NCBI RefSeq assembly: GCF_004010195.1
Contig: NC_057711.1
Span: 78,339,156 to 78,403,155 of the forward strand
Reading direction: 5' to 3'
DNA length: 64,000 nt
DNA from: Chiloscyllium plagiosum
Lineage: Eukaryota
The notes beneath the pieces are model-generated. The model did no database searches. It was not told the DNA's origin and saw nothing but the letters and a program-made list of their open reading frames with translations. This document shows positions 25,991 through 39,640 of the stretch, piece after piece (position 1 is the first letter of the stretch; every line of letters starts with the position of its first letter). The position numbers and the translations under genes are program-made.

Positions 25991-28900
25991 ACTGTGTCTT
26001 TGAGCGTTTTGCTTCAACTGAGGGGGGAAAACAGGATGACACTAGCAGTGGGCAAGAAAATATTGACAGATGGTGATGATGTATCTAGCGCAAAGTCCAG
26101 GAAGTATGATTCTGTGAATACAATCTATCAGGCTGTTGGTTGCTTAATCTTTGGGAAAGCTCTCCCAACTGTTAGCAAAAGACCTCAGATATTAGTAAAG
26201 AGATAAGGCTGGTTGCTGTTGTCATTTCCAGTGCCTAGGTTGATGCTGGAAGGTCTGCCCAGTTTCATTTGTTCTTTAGACTCGGAAGCAGTTTTGCTGG
26301 CCATGTCAGAGGGAAGTAAAAGCAAAATACTGTGGATGCTGGAAATCTGAAATAAAAATAAAGTGCTAGAAAAATTCAGCAGATCTGGCTTCAAGTTCCA
26401 TAGAAAAGTCATATTACACTTGAAACCTGAACTCTGTTTCTCTCTCTTTCTCTCCAGAGATGCTGCCCAACCTGCTAAGTTTCTTCAACACTTTTTGTGT
26501 TTATTACTCGGCCAGACACAGTAAGTATCACAGATTTCCTTTCCCAAGGACATTAATAAAGTAGATTGATTGTTATGACAATCAACATTGGTTTCATGAT
26601 TACCATTAGATTAGTTTGACTGAATTCAAATTATGCTACTTAGCATAGTCACAATTTCTAAATATAAACTTTTAAAATAAGAAAAAGGTAAAATGGTAGT
26701 GAAATCAAAATCCCTTCAAACAGGTTAATTTGTATGCATAAATCCATATGTTAAGTGCTACAGTAAGTAGATCTGCAGAGTAAGACTGGGAAATATGGGG
26801 AAAAACAAGAATATGGAACACTGCAGGGAGAACTGGAACAATGTTGATGTTAAATGCAAAATCACAAATTTTTTCCAGTGTTTTAATAGAAAGAGAGAAA
26901 AGCTTTGAATGATCTCTCTGATGTATTATTACAAAACCATTCTTTATATATGTGAACTTCCAAAAACCTTGGACAAATTCCATATTATGAAATGCTGCTT
27001 GAACTTTAAGCAGTAGGAGCTTAAACAGAAAGCTATAATGAATAAGAAACGAATTGCCAAGTAGGAAGAAGCCATTTAGGGCCTGCCTCAAGAATCGTTG
27101 TTAGGGTATCCGGTGCTTAGATTTTATATTGATCAACTAGTAAGAGTTTAATGCATCCTGAATATTCAAAGAAGCCAGGGATCTATGATTTTAAATTAGA
27201 AACCATTTAAGACAAAAGGGGTTTTTTTTGTCCCACTTGGCAACATATGCTTATACAATGGGTTTTCATATCTGCTTAGTTTGCTTACCAGAAATGTATT
27301 TATAAACATGGTTCAAATATAAAAAGCACACTATTTTCTTATACAAACTTTAAAATATATAAGGAAAACGTAATAACTATGAAAACTAGAGACAAGGGTG
27401 TGGAAATGAAAAAACAGCAAAGAAAACTAGAACGAATAAGAGCAGACATGAATTAAACTAAATTACATTTACATTGAATCACTTGCATCCTTCAGTCATT
27501 TCAACATGCTTCACAGCCAAAGAAATACTTTTACACTGCCAAACTGACTATATTTACAATGTAACAAGCAATTTTCCAAAGCCAAGTCACAAAACTGCAA
27601 GGGTTTTTATGGTAAGTTAACTTATTATTGTGATACTATCGAGAGAAACAAAATGACAAGTTAACTCATTGAATGCCACTGGTATTTCTCTCCATGATAA
27701 ATTGGTGGAAGCATATCAGTTTAACATCTAATCTGGTGGTGCAGCAATCCCTCAGCTCTGGTTATTTGTTCCAACTCTGTACAAACTGGATGAAGCTACC
27801 AGCTCAGCATATCACCTTAATGCTACAGCATGGAAGCAGTTCATTTTCAGCCAAATGGTTGATGCCCATAGTTTTGTCTCCATGAGGCAGATCCCATGGG
27901 AACATCCTATCCTACAAGTATGCCATGTGAATGTGTAAGTATTAAGCATTTTTGATGGAAAAACACATTCACATCAGAAATTAACTTTGGGAAATATTGC
28001 CAATTCCTTGTTGGTTCTTTAGGAAAATAAGGCTGCAGAATGAAATGTTCCAGGTGACCTTCAGGCTAGTATCCTGATACATGCACCTAGTGACCAGCCT
28101 ACATAGGATTGCCTCTACAATCTCTTCAAAAATAGTTTAAACCAAAAAGGAGATTTTCTCCCACCTTTTGAGTTGCTTTGGCTTTTCAGATGTTGCACTG
28201 GTTCTGAGACAATTATCACAGACTACATCCCAAGTGAACTCTAAACAGTGTCAAAATACCCGCAAGTACTCCTGACAACCATGAACTCAGAGAAGTTTGT
28301 AACAATAAAAAATTATAGACTTATACAGTAAACAAGTTTAAGCAGTTTGCTTAAGTCATGTAACTTCCATTTACATATCCCAGTGTCCCTTCAGTGACCT
28401 TTAAGTAAAACTGAATCTAGATAGGACCTCAATATTCCAAATAACCAATTGTTAAAACTTTTATTTACAAGTTCTCAAGAGGTATTAATCATGGAAGCCC
28501 CCATTCCTCAGCAGTCGCTTTGATGTGCCCTACTTCCATTACCAAGCCTACAAGTTAAACAAGTGACTTGCCCCCAATTTACAAGGTTATTGATAAAGGC
28601 AATCTTCAGGTGCATGGAGTTGCACAAATCTCAATGTATAAATTGACAGGTGAAGGTAGGCTTGCGAGAGTGTGTAGTGGAGAATGTATGTGTGAATTTC
28701 TCAACCAGAAGGTCAAAGAAAGAAAAGCAAATTTGAACAAGAGATGGAATGTATTAAGTTGTGTGACGAAACAGTACACACATCGGTAGATTCAAAGGTT
28801 GCAAAGTGATCAGCTAGACATCAGAAATATGCACAGAGTTGAAGGGTGGAGCTCATTTAATCAATAATGCGTTTCTTGAGGAGAAACAATTAAAATAAGC

Positions 28901-30554
28901 ACTGTTTAGTGAACACAGAATCTAAAGGGGATGTGATCGATACACCATCTATTCATGCAAACATGGTATCACCAAAATTGAACTTGACTGCAAACGTTGC
29001 TAAGTTCATAGGTTCATAAGATGGAATTGAGTCCATCAATGGCTCATTTGTAAATCAGTTTACAATGTCTAATAAGGATATAGACAAAGCATTGCTATCA
29101 ACATGTAGGCTGTAGTAGTCTTCACAAAAGTTAAAGAAATCCTTCACTTTGTGCTTTGATAACTGAGCCCACTGCAATAATTCACAAAATCATTTGGCCA
29201 ATTCATGCAACGCAATCATTAATAAAAAAGGGTACAATGGGACATCAACTTTTGTGCAGTTTTTGTTCTTTTGGTAGTCCATACTTGCATGGACATAGTG
29301 AACCACAAGGAAGAATGCAATCAAATATGTCATCACATAAGAATAACAAATCTTTCCATAGCTTGCATTTGAGCAAGGCTGTGCAGACACGCTTGGCAAC
29401 AGATCCAATAGACACAAATTAAGAACAGCGTTAATTCTGTCAACAGAACTGCACTCATTCAGAAAGACTCCTCTGGAAAATATGTATGTCATGGTTAGTA
29501 ACGCCACCACTCATTCACATTGCATAAGAGCATCAGACCAATCATTGTGTAGACCACAATAGGCTCTTTTCATGAACTCACTATATTTAGCGATTGACAA
29601 CTTGTAGCTGGTTAGGTGAGAATGCTCTTAACTTACCTGAGAATCAAACTAAGTAAAAACTGAAAAATCTGCAAATCAGAAACAAAAATAGAAATTGCAG
29701 GATAACCTAAACTATGTTGTATGGTGCACTGTGTTTGGTTGGGTATGTACAAATTTCTTTTATTTTTCACCATAATCTGTTTGAGCCACCAAATTTTCTC
29801 AACTGATGACCACATGAAAGCACAACCGAAACTAAGCATGACTGCACAGTAAACCTGCTTAAGAGGAAATATTTTGGCAGCATGAACAGCATACGAAATA
29901 TTTAGTTGACTTATAAATCAAGTACTCCCCAAAAGCAAAGAGCACTTCTCCACTAGCAATGTAGGTATTCCTGTGTAGCATATCAAATGGGAAGAGATAC
30001 TTGTTGACTCCAAACTCCATCATTCTTAGTTATCCCACCACAAATAGTGTCCAATGGAAAAATTCAGAGGAAGAGTCATATTTAATTTGCAACATAACTC
30101 TTCCTCTCCCCACAAATGTCGCCAGACCTGCTGAATATTTCACTAAACAAAAAAAAACACAAAGATCTTTGGATGCTGGAATCAGAAACAAAACAGAAAT
30201 TTGTTGAAAATCGCAGCAAGTCTGGGAGTATCTGTGGAAAGAAAGCAGAGTTAATGTTTCAAGTCCACTGACTTCTTCAGAATGGATTGCAGCCATGAAA
30301 AGATTGGTATATATGCTAAAGAGAAAATGGGGGAGGAGGAAAGAGGAAACCTGGAGCACAAAGAAAGAGAAAAACAGTTAGACAACCAATTCTGGTTGGG
30401 CAATAAATATTGCCACAGCCAGCAATGCAAACATCCCATGAATGAATAAAAGTAATTACAACAGAAAAATTATAGTCTTACTCTGAAATGGGATCCTGAT
30501 TGACATCTCATGTTCAACACCATGCTGAGCCATCTGGAGGAAAGTGGGCTCACT

Positions 30555-30875
30555 ACTTATTACTAGGCCAATCAATCCAGAGATCAAATCCTGCATGGCA
30601 GATGGTGGAATGTGGATTAAATAAAAATCTGGAATTAAGAACTTAAAGATAACCATGAATCCATTGTTGATTGTTGGAAAAGGCCATCCGGTTCACTAAT
30701 GTCCTTTAGGGAAGGAAACTCCCATCATTACATGGTCTGGCCTACACGTGACTCCAAACCCACAGCAATGTGCTCAATTCTTAAATCACTCTCTGGGCAC
30801 TTACGGATGGGCAAATAAATGCTCGCCTAGCAACTATGGTGCTGGCCTAGCAATGCTCTTATTCCATGAATGAAA
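30555..30875 (+). mobile_element. tRNA-derived SINE with L2-type tail (second SINE family)
   Basis: Core catggcagatggtggaat...ggttcactaatgtcctttagggaaggaaa, shared with 45378-45700, 54910-55230 and 56600-56910 (minus). Tail matches the L2-like 3' end. Confidence 0.75.
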
Positions 30876-32262
30876 ATAATCATTTTAATGAGGTATCATG
30901 ACTAATTTTAAACTACTCAGAGGCTGAGATGTCTCTTAGGGATTGCATTATTCGAGTGTATTACATTTTTTGAACGTGACTGCAAATAAGCATTTGCAAA
31001 GCTCTCTTCTAGAAGTTCAACCAGTAACATAAATATGATGGTACTACCTTCAAGTTGATTCAGTACTAATATCCCTTAATTACTCTACCAGAAACCAAAG
31101 ACAATTATGACAATTAAATACCTTTTTTCAAAATATAATGAGAACACGAGTGTTTCTTCTACATTAAAAATATACTCATTAAAAATATACTCAGTTTCTA
31201 GTTGCTGACAATAGGTTTCAACGTTATAAAATTGAACATGAAATAAAATTTCACTGAAATCTGCTTTTAAAAAATACTTATTTTCTTGAAGAATAATTTG
31301 GCCAAACTTATGTATTTATTTGCAAATTGAACTAAACAGTAACTGATCATATGGTGAGACCTTGCCTTTTGAGGAGTCAACTCCATGGCAGTGTAATCAG
31401 TAAATACGATGAATGGATTAGGACAAATGTACAAGCTGAAACCTTTTCAAGGCTGACATCATAAAGTACAAGAGCCAAGTTCAAGAAACTTGGAACACAT
31501 GCTACAGAGTATGCTCAGAATACTATACTGCCACTTCTATTTAATTTAACCACGTCATTTTTGGGGGTCTCAACATCAAATTGTACCAGCAGTGTGCGGT
31601 GGGGGACAACTGATGGAATGTGCATCATAATTTTACACTTAAAGGTACATTATAATTTCATTAACTGGCATAAGAAAATTCAGCTGTACTGTTTACTTAC
31701 TTAAAATGTTAATATAATACAGCTGTCAGTCATAAAAATAAATCACAAAGAAAAATGCATGAAGTGTGCTATGCTAGATTAACTTCACAGATACATACCA
31801 AACCTTAAAAGGAATTGCAGTTCAAAGCGCCTTACTGGCATTAAGAATCAAATTCCAGTTTATAATAGTCTTGAAATCTCACTGCCAAATAAACATGCCT
31901 TTATCAAGCCAGCCTAATGACAACTGACAGTTAACTTCCTTAATTCATATTCTGCCTATCTATTCTGTTACCCTTTTCAGTGATTAAGTACCTCAGGAAG
32001 AACAAGACTAAAATCTACATGGCTTTGTTTAAATATATGCAAAATAAGAAACTTGCAAAAATTTGGGAATCATTATGGCTGAAAATGGGATCGGGGTGAG
32101 GGAAATACATCAACTGTTATGGCTAGCTAATGCCAACCTCAATTTCTGCACATTGTAGGAAGAGAACTGAATCCTGAGCTCCCCAACTTGAAGACATTAT
32201 TTCAGATCAAATCCATAAAGTTAGAGTCAAGTGGGGACAACAGGCAGGGGTAATAGGAATGG

Positions 32263-35200
32263 CTAGCCGGGGCAGGGGGGGGGGTGTTTTGGACATCCAA
32301 CCTGGCAAGATATTCTTTCTTGCACGGAATGTGAGACTATTGAAATGTTTTTTCTTATGCCATCTGCAGGAAATACAGTGGGCAGACCCAAAAGGAGAGA
32401 GATAGGGTCCTTCTCCACCCTTACGCCCAAAATCCTCTCCATTGCACCCACCACAGCATTCCAATATGCTTGAAGCCTCGCACAAGACCAGAGACAATGG
32501 GTAAAAGTGCCCGTACAGACCTTGCACTTGGGACATGCTGAAGATACCCTTGTTTTAAATTTTGACAAACGATCCGGAGCCAAGTGGACCCTGTGGAGAA
32601 CCATCAATTGTAAAGCATGGGGCCTATTGCAAATTGATATCTTCTTTGCATTCTTCCAAATATCCTCCCATGCCTCTAAGGAGACTTCAACACCCAGCTC
32701 TCTCTCCCACATCCTGCAGAGTCGATCAAACTCATCTGAGAGGACACCCCCCAATTGATGACATAAAGTACTGACAGAAAGTGTTCTCTTAGCACTGACC
32801 ACCCCCTCTCTATGTCAGATTTGTAGGTATCAGTCAAAAGTGTGGGCTTATTTTGATAAAATCCCTAACTTGAAAAAAATGAGAGGTCTCTATTAGATAA
32901 CTCATATTTCCGTAATAACTGATCGAAAGACATCATTACATCTCCCTGAAACATATTGCCCATGCAAGACACACCCCTAGCTGACCAATGTTTAAATCCT
33001 GAATCTATCATCCCTGGTTGAAAACCCAGCATACCCACTAAAGGTGTAGACAAAAATGTTTTGCCAATATTGCCTTCCCTCTGGCGAATTGCCCTCCATG
33101 CTTTAACAGTATTGATAATTATTGTGTTATGGCAATATTCCCTAATTGTCCCCATTTTTCCCAAAAACAGCAAACTGGTAAGGGGACACCAGATATCTAG
33201 CCATACTGAAAGAGGATCTCCAGAAACCTAATCACTCATACGACAAAAGTGAGCTTATTTGGTCATTTTTAATGTCTGGAAGGTCCACTTCCTCCAATCT
33301 GTGAGGCAGCTGTAGTTTAGCAAACGGGGGAGAATATTCATCTTGATAAGCGCCATCCGACCCAACCATGAGACCGGAAGTGCCTCCCATCTTTGAAGAC
33401 CTTGTTTGATTTTTTTCAAATAATTGGATAAAATTGGCTTTGAACAGCCGATCCAGAACTGCAGTAATGAATATGCACAAGTACAAAAACCTCCCTGTGA
33501 CCACCTAAATAGGAATCTATAGTCGCCCCCACGAGCTAGCTCCTTCACAAGACCACCCAGAGGCATAGCCTCTGATTTTGCAAAGTTAATCTTGTACCCC
33601 AAAAAAACGCTAAACGCGCGAATGCATTGTATCAGGTGAGGCACTGAAACTGCTAGGTTTGTCAAAAAAATTAGGACGCCGTCTGCATACAACGAAATCT
33701 GATGTAATTCTGACCCCTCCTGGAGCTGATATATTGGGATCTCCACGAATAGCCTGAGCCAATGGTTCAATCACCAACGTAAAAAACAATGGTGAAAAGG
33801 GACAGCCCTGCCAGCTGCCCTTAAAAATATTAAAGTTGCTTGATCTTACCCCATTGGTGATGACCGCAGTGAGAGGATCATTGTAGAGAACCTTTACCCA
33901 TCTTATAAAAATTTCACCCAAACCAAACAGCTCCAGAGTATTGAAAAGGTACGGCCACTCAACTCGGTCAAATGCCTTCTCTGATTGGAGAAATCACCAA
34001 TCCTTGTACTGACTGCTGTTGACACGCTTGAATTACATTAAGCAGCCCCCTAACATTATTGGAGGATCTACAGCCCTTTATGAAGCCCGTCTGGTCCTCT
34101 GTAAAAATCGAGGATAACACAGTCTCCAGCTGGAACGCAAGAGTCTGAGAGAGGATTTAAAAGTCTACATAAAAGAGTGAGATGGGCCTGCACAAAGCAC
34201 AGTCTTCTGGGACCTTCCCTTTTTTAAGGATAAGTGAAATATTGGCCTCTCTGAGAGATGGTGGGAGACAATCATGATTGTATGAATCATTAAACATTTT
34301 GTCAGGCCTGATGCTCAATATGTTTATAAATTCCTCATAGAATTCACTGGGAAGTCCTCCAGGATCGGGCGCCTTTCCACTCTGAAGCTGCCTCACAGCC
34401 TCCTGCACTTCTTGCTCTGATAATGGGGCACTGAGAAAGGACTCTTGTTCGGGAGACACACCTAGGAGCTTCAGATCCTTAAAAAAAAAATTCCATTTTG
34501 GCCTGCCCCTCCTCATAATCCTGAGATTGGTTACAATTTAGATTAAAATCTCTGGAACACCACACTAATCTTTTTAGAGTCACATGTAAGGTTCCCAGAC
34601 CCTTCCCTAATCCCTGTAATGGCTTGTGGGGCACTCCTTTTTCTGGTGAGATATGCTAAGTATTTGCCCGGCTTGTCACCATGCTCATATAACCTTTGCT
34701 TTGCAAATGCCAGCTCCTCCTTTACCATCTGAGTGAGCACGGAAATCAGTGCAGACCGCAGTGCCGTAATCCTCTGTAGTTTGACTAACGAGAGTCTGTC
34801 AAAGTAGGCCTTCTCAGCTGCCTTCAACCGTGCTTCAAAGAGATATTGCTGCTCACCCTTCTGCTGCTTCATACTGGCTGAATATGAAATAACTAACTCC
34901 CTAGCACAAGCTTTGGCAGTTTCCCAAAGAACAGATGAGCTACCAATTGAGCCTATGTTGATGTCTAGGAACGCCCGATATTCCCGAGAGAAATACTCCA
35001 CAAACTTACTGTCCTTAAGGATAAAGGGTTCCATTCGCCAGTACCTCAAACCCACTGTAACGTCCTTAATCTTAACCGTAAGGTACACTGGAGCATGATC
35101 AGAGATGGTAATAATACCAATTGTACAAGATGCCACCAAATCCAGGGTTACCGCAGGGGTCAGAAAAAAAAATCAATCCTAGTGTGACATTATGTGCGTG

Positions 35201-35675
35201 AAGAAAAACGTCAAATCCCTACCTGTAGGGTGGCAAACTTCCAGACGTCCACCAACCCTAATTTCCCCACAAAGACCCTCGATACCCTCTGTAGTTTGGG
35301 CAACCGGTCTACTGTGGGATCCATGAGACAGTTAAAATCTCCCCCTATAATGATGTGCCGGGAGTAGAGACTGATCAGTTTAGAAAAGCATATACCAAAA
35401 ATTTAAGGGGATGAGCTGGAGGACAAACATTTAAAACACCATATTCTTCCCCATTTAGCCACTCCCCTACTTCTGGTAGTAAATGATGAAAAATAAACTC
35501 GGTCAAAGCCATTCTGCTGTAATTTCAGACACTCCTTGTCATCCAAGTGTGTTTCCTGTAACAAAGCAATATCCACCTTCTCCTTTCTAAGACTCAGAAG
35601 TACCTTCTTCCTCTTAATTGGTGAGTGACTGCCTTTGATATTCCAGGTACATCATTTAATCAAGTCATTAGCCAT
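32263..35675 (-). mobile_element. L1-clade LINE ORF2, nearly complete but frameshifted (APE endonuclease, RT, CCHC)
   Basis: MANDLIK*CTWNIKG...LLQETH at 35675, ISDHAPV, KAPDPGGLPSEFY, EKAFDRVEW, QGCPFSPLFF, ISLYADG, CPKCKVCTGTFTHCLWSC. Confidence 0.95.
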
Positions 35676-36048
35676 AACCTTCTGCAATCACATTTAAATT
35701 CCAGACAGGAGAAACCCGAACCACAAACCGCTGAGCCTTAGTGTCATATGAGCCACCAAATATAGAAACTACATAAACTAAAACCACTACATTTAACAAA
35801 CCTACAAAATTAAAAACAACAAAAACCAAAAACAGACCAATATATAACGCGCCAACAGCACTGAGTAGGGGAACTCATCCTCTCTCAAACTGCCCATAAG
35901 TAGGCATCTAACCATCCCAGCCACTTTCGCTTCTTCCAGCTACAGCCGCACTGCAAACACAAGCAGAAAAGAGTAAACCCCATAGAATACTAGTATGAAT
36001 AAAAACCTTTTTTTAAAGGGGGGGGGGGCATGTGGAATAAATACTCCA

Positions 36049-36261
36049 GGTTGAAACTTTATTGCTGGAACAGCACAGCAGGTCAGGCAGCATCCAGGGA
36101 ACAGGAGATTCGACGTTTCGGGCACAGGCCCTTCCTCAGGAAGGGCCTGTGCCCGAAACGTCAAATCTCCTGTTCCCTGGATGCTGCCTGACCTGCTGTG
36201 CTGTTCCAGCAATAAAGTTTCAACTTTGATCTCCAGCATCTGCAGACCTCACTTTCTCCTC
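36049..36261. mobile_element. 213-bp PLE-derived palindromic insertion with 14-bp TSD
   Basis: Arms 36050-36136 and 36138-36224 (87 bp, one mismatch, 1-nt centre). Tail to 36261. gaataaatactcca at 36035-36048 and 36262-36275. Confidence 0.93.
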
Positions 36262-37176
36262 GAATAAATACTCCACCCATCCTTTGGTATATCCTAACTT
36301 AGAAATTGAAAATGTCCATCTTAACCACCACCAAACATGGTTTAAACCAAATCATCATCAGTAGAAGAAAAAAAAGACAAATAAAGCTCCAACTGGACTT
36401 TCTCTGTTTCTTTTACAAAACGACAAAAACATACCCAAACAGCACTATGTATGCAATCTAAAATTGTGCTGGAGGTCAAACCAGCATCTTATAAAGGTTT
36501 ACATAACTTTACTTCCCTTCCACTGTATTCCTCTATTTTAAAAGTCCACAATCCTCATATGCAAATATGTTTTCAAAATATGCCACGGTCAACATGAGCC
36601 ATACATTTTTAACTAAGAGGTACATGGAAAAGATCTCATTGCTCAGTCTGCTGTATACATCCAGAGTACACCTGAAATCTGCTTACATTGTTTAAGATAA
36701 TTTATGTATCTATATAGAATCATAAAAGGTTTACAGCACAGAAATCTGTCATGCCACTTGGCCCATTGAACAAAATGCCACAAAGTCAAATCAAATTGTC
36801 CACACTGTAGTCTGTAGCTCTGCAGGTTACAGCACTTAAGGTGCATATGCATGCACACTTTAAATGAAAAAAGGATTTCTGCCTCTGTTTCAGACAATAA
36901 TTTTCAGATCTCTTCCACCTTCTCGATGAAAAAGAATTTGCACCCCTCCCCTCTAATCCTTTCTTCAATCATTTCAAATCTATGCCACTAATCATTGACA
37001 TCCTTCTATGGACATCTTCAACATGCCATTCTACCCACTCTCTATTTTGTACATCTTTATCAAATCTCTCCTCAGCTTCCTCTGATCCAAGAAAACCAAC
37101 ACTAGCCTATCCAATTATTCCGCTTTGCTGCATTTTTACACTTCTTGGCAACATTCTCAAATCTCTTCTCTCTATG

Positions 37177-37296
37177 ATGTGGAGGTGCGAGTGTTCGACT
37201 GGGGTGGACAAGGTCAGAAGTCACACGACACCAGGTTATTACCCAACAAGTTTATTTGAAATCACAAGCTTTTGGAGCACTACTCCTTCATCAGGT
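37177..37296 (-). mobile_element. Short PLE-like repeat with decayed hammerhead motif
   Basis: Minus strand: CTGATGA-AGGAG-TAGTG-CTCC-AAAAGCTT. Homologous copies at 53757-53872 (+), about 17257-17305 and about 18270-18345. Confidence 0.65.
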
Positions 37297-37975
37297 AAAA
37301 TGAGAAATTACAGCAGAGGAGGAAAGAAGTGAATTGTTGTTCTTTGGAGAAAAATAGAACAACCATAACATCTGCATATCACTTTCACTATAATTGTATG
37401 CATCACAATATCAATGGATTCAATAATGGAAAACACTGGGAGAATAACATTTGCTATTTTTCCCCCCACACAAGCAGCAACATGAATATTTCAAGAGAAG
37501 ATTTTATCAAAGTAATATGGATAGCAACTGTAAGAAACAAATTGGTAAAATAGCCTGCGCAATACATTAAGAATCACATTTCACAATCAGTTCTCAAAGA
37601 TGATGCATGCAATTGTATGGAACTCAGAGACAGCAATAGGTCCACAAAGAAAACTTCTCTCACTCAAGCAATTAATTATTACAGGATGTCACGCTAACTT
37701 AGCCAAATGAAGTCACTCTATATGCACAAACATGGGGGAGGGGGGGAAAGAGGATGGGAAGCTTGAAATCAACAACAGTGGGCTGAAATTAAATCTTCCT
37801 CATTCTACTTTAGTGAGGGAGGCAAAAAAAAGAGAATGATAAAACCACAACTGCCACAGTACTTGGGAATTTTTAGGCAACTACTCAAGCTTCACCGGAT
37901 CCAGTGATGGCTGCTGTGAATCCACTTTTATTTTGAAACAAGCATGCAGGTTATCAATAATTTAAAAAGTGGTTT

Positions 37976-38510
37976 TAGTCATAGAGTTATGCAGCACTGA
38001 AACAAATCCTTCAATCCAACTCATCCGTATCGACCAGACAACCTAAACCGATCTAGTCCCATTTGCCAGTGTTTGGTCCATATGCTTCCAAACCCTTTCT
38101 ATTCATGGACCCATCCAAATGTCTTTTCAATGTTGCAATTATACCCATCTCCACCATCTCCTCTAGCAGTTCGTTCCATACACATACCACCCTCTGCGTG
38201 AAAAAGTTGCCCCTCAGGTACCTTTTAAATCTTTCCCGACCCAATTTAAACTTTAAGACCTCTAGTTTTGGACTTCCCTACCCTGGGAACAAAAAGACCT
38301 TGCTATTCACCCTATTCTTGCCTCTTATGATTTTATAAAACTCTATAAAGGTCACCCTTCAGAGTCAGAGGGAAAAAAAAGCCCCAACCTATTCAGCACC
38401 TCCCTATAGCTAAAAACCTTTAATCCAAGCAACATCCTTGTAAATCTTTTCTGAACCCTTTCCTATAGCAGGGAGACTAGAATTGAATACAGTATTCTAA
38501 AAGGGACCTT
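37976..38510 (-). mobile_element. CR1 3' fragment
   Basis: RFKRYLRGNFFTQRVVCVWNEL...KGLEAYGPNTGKWD and tail. Confidence 0.9.
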
Positions 38511-38514
38511 ACAC

Positions 38515-39640
38515 TCTCTCTGGGACTGGGATAAAGGGGAAGGGGTAATAGGGAAACTGGTCCCATCACATTGATTCCATGTGTTTGGAGGGTCCCAAGG
38601 TGGAAGATGAGGCGTTCTTCCTCCAGGCTTCAGGTGGTTAGGGTTTGGCAATGGAAGAGGCCCAGGACCTGCATGTCCTTGGCAGAGTGGAAGGGGAAGT
38701 TAAAGTGTTCAGCCACAGAGCGGTGGGGTTGGCTAGTGCAGATGTCCCAGAGATGTTCTCTGAAATGATCCGCAAATTGGTGTCCTGCCTCCCCAATGTA
38801 GAGACCACATCGGGTGCAATGGATACAGTAGATGAGGAATGTGGAAGTACGGTAAATTTCTGTCGGATGTGGAATGATCCTTTCGGGCCTTGGTGAGGGG
38901 GGAGGTGTGGGTGCAGGTTTTGCACTGCTTGCGATGGCAGGGGAAGGTGCCAGGAGGGGAGGGTGGGGTGGTTGGCTGAGTCGACCTGACAAGGGAGTCG
39001 CAGAGGGAATAGTCTCTGCGGAACACAGGTAGGGGTTGGGAGGGAAATATATCTCTGGTGGTGGGGTCAGTTTTAGGTGGTAGAAATGGTGGAGGATGAT
39101 GCAATGTATATGGAGATTGGTGGGGTGGAAACTAAGGACCAGGGGAGTTCTGTCCTTGTTGTGATTTTTCTTTGGGGTGGGGGTTCAAGTGCAGTGGTGC
39201 TCGAAATGGAGGCGATGCACTGGAGGGCATCGTCGACCACATGGTAGGGGAAATTGCAGTCCCATGAACCACAGGATATCAATGTAGGTTTTGTCAGTTT
39301 CCCGATTTCCCTTTGCCTCCCCCCCCCCACCTTATCCCAGTCCCAACCTTCCAACTTGGCATCGCCCACTTTAACGGTCCCACCGATCTATCTTCCTTCC
39401 CACATATCTGCTCCACCCTCCATTCCGACCTATCACCTTCACCATCACCCTCATCTACCTATTGCATTCTCAGATATGTTCCCCCCACCACCACCCCCAT
39501 TCCATTTATTTCTCAGCCCCCTTGACAGACAACCCTCATTCCTGATGAAGGGTTTATGCCTGAAACATTGATTCTCCAGCTCCTTGGATGCTGCCTGACC
39601 GGCTGTGCTTTTCCAGTACCACACTCTTCGACTCTTTCTC
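38515..39640. mobile_element. Penelope-like element: GIY-YIG body (minus, 38515-39258) joined to an inverted pseudo-LTR (plus, about 39259-39640)
   Basis: LIYCIHCTRCGLYIGEAG...FREHL...VAEHFN on the minus strand. The plus piece repeats the element 3' region and has CTGATGAAGGG...GAAAC at 39542. Confidence 0.9.

Noticed and set aside
27470..27770. Very old DeuSINE-like remnants (also about 16270-16460, 20030-20180, 51810-52130)
   Set aside because: Resemblance by eye only and too decayed to give boundaries.
31162..31192. 15-bp tandem duplication (also 12 bp at about 5119-5142)
   Set aside because: Ordinary slippage with no further structure.
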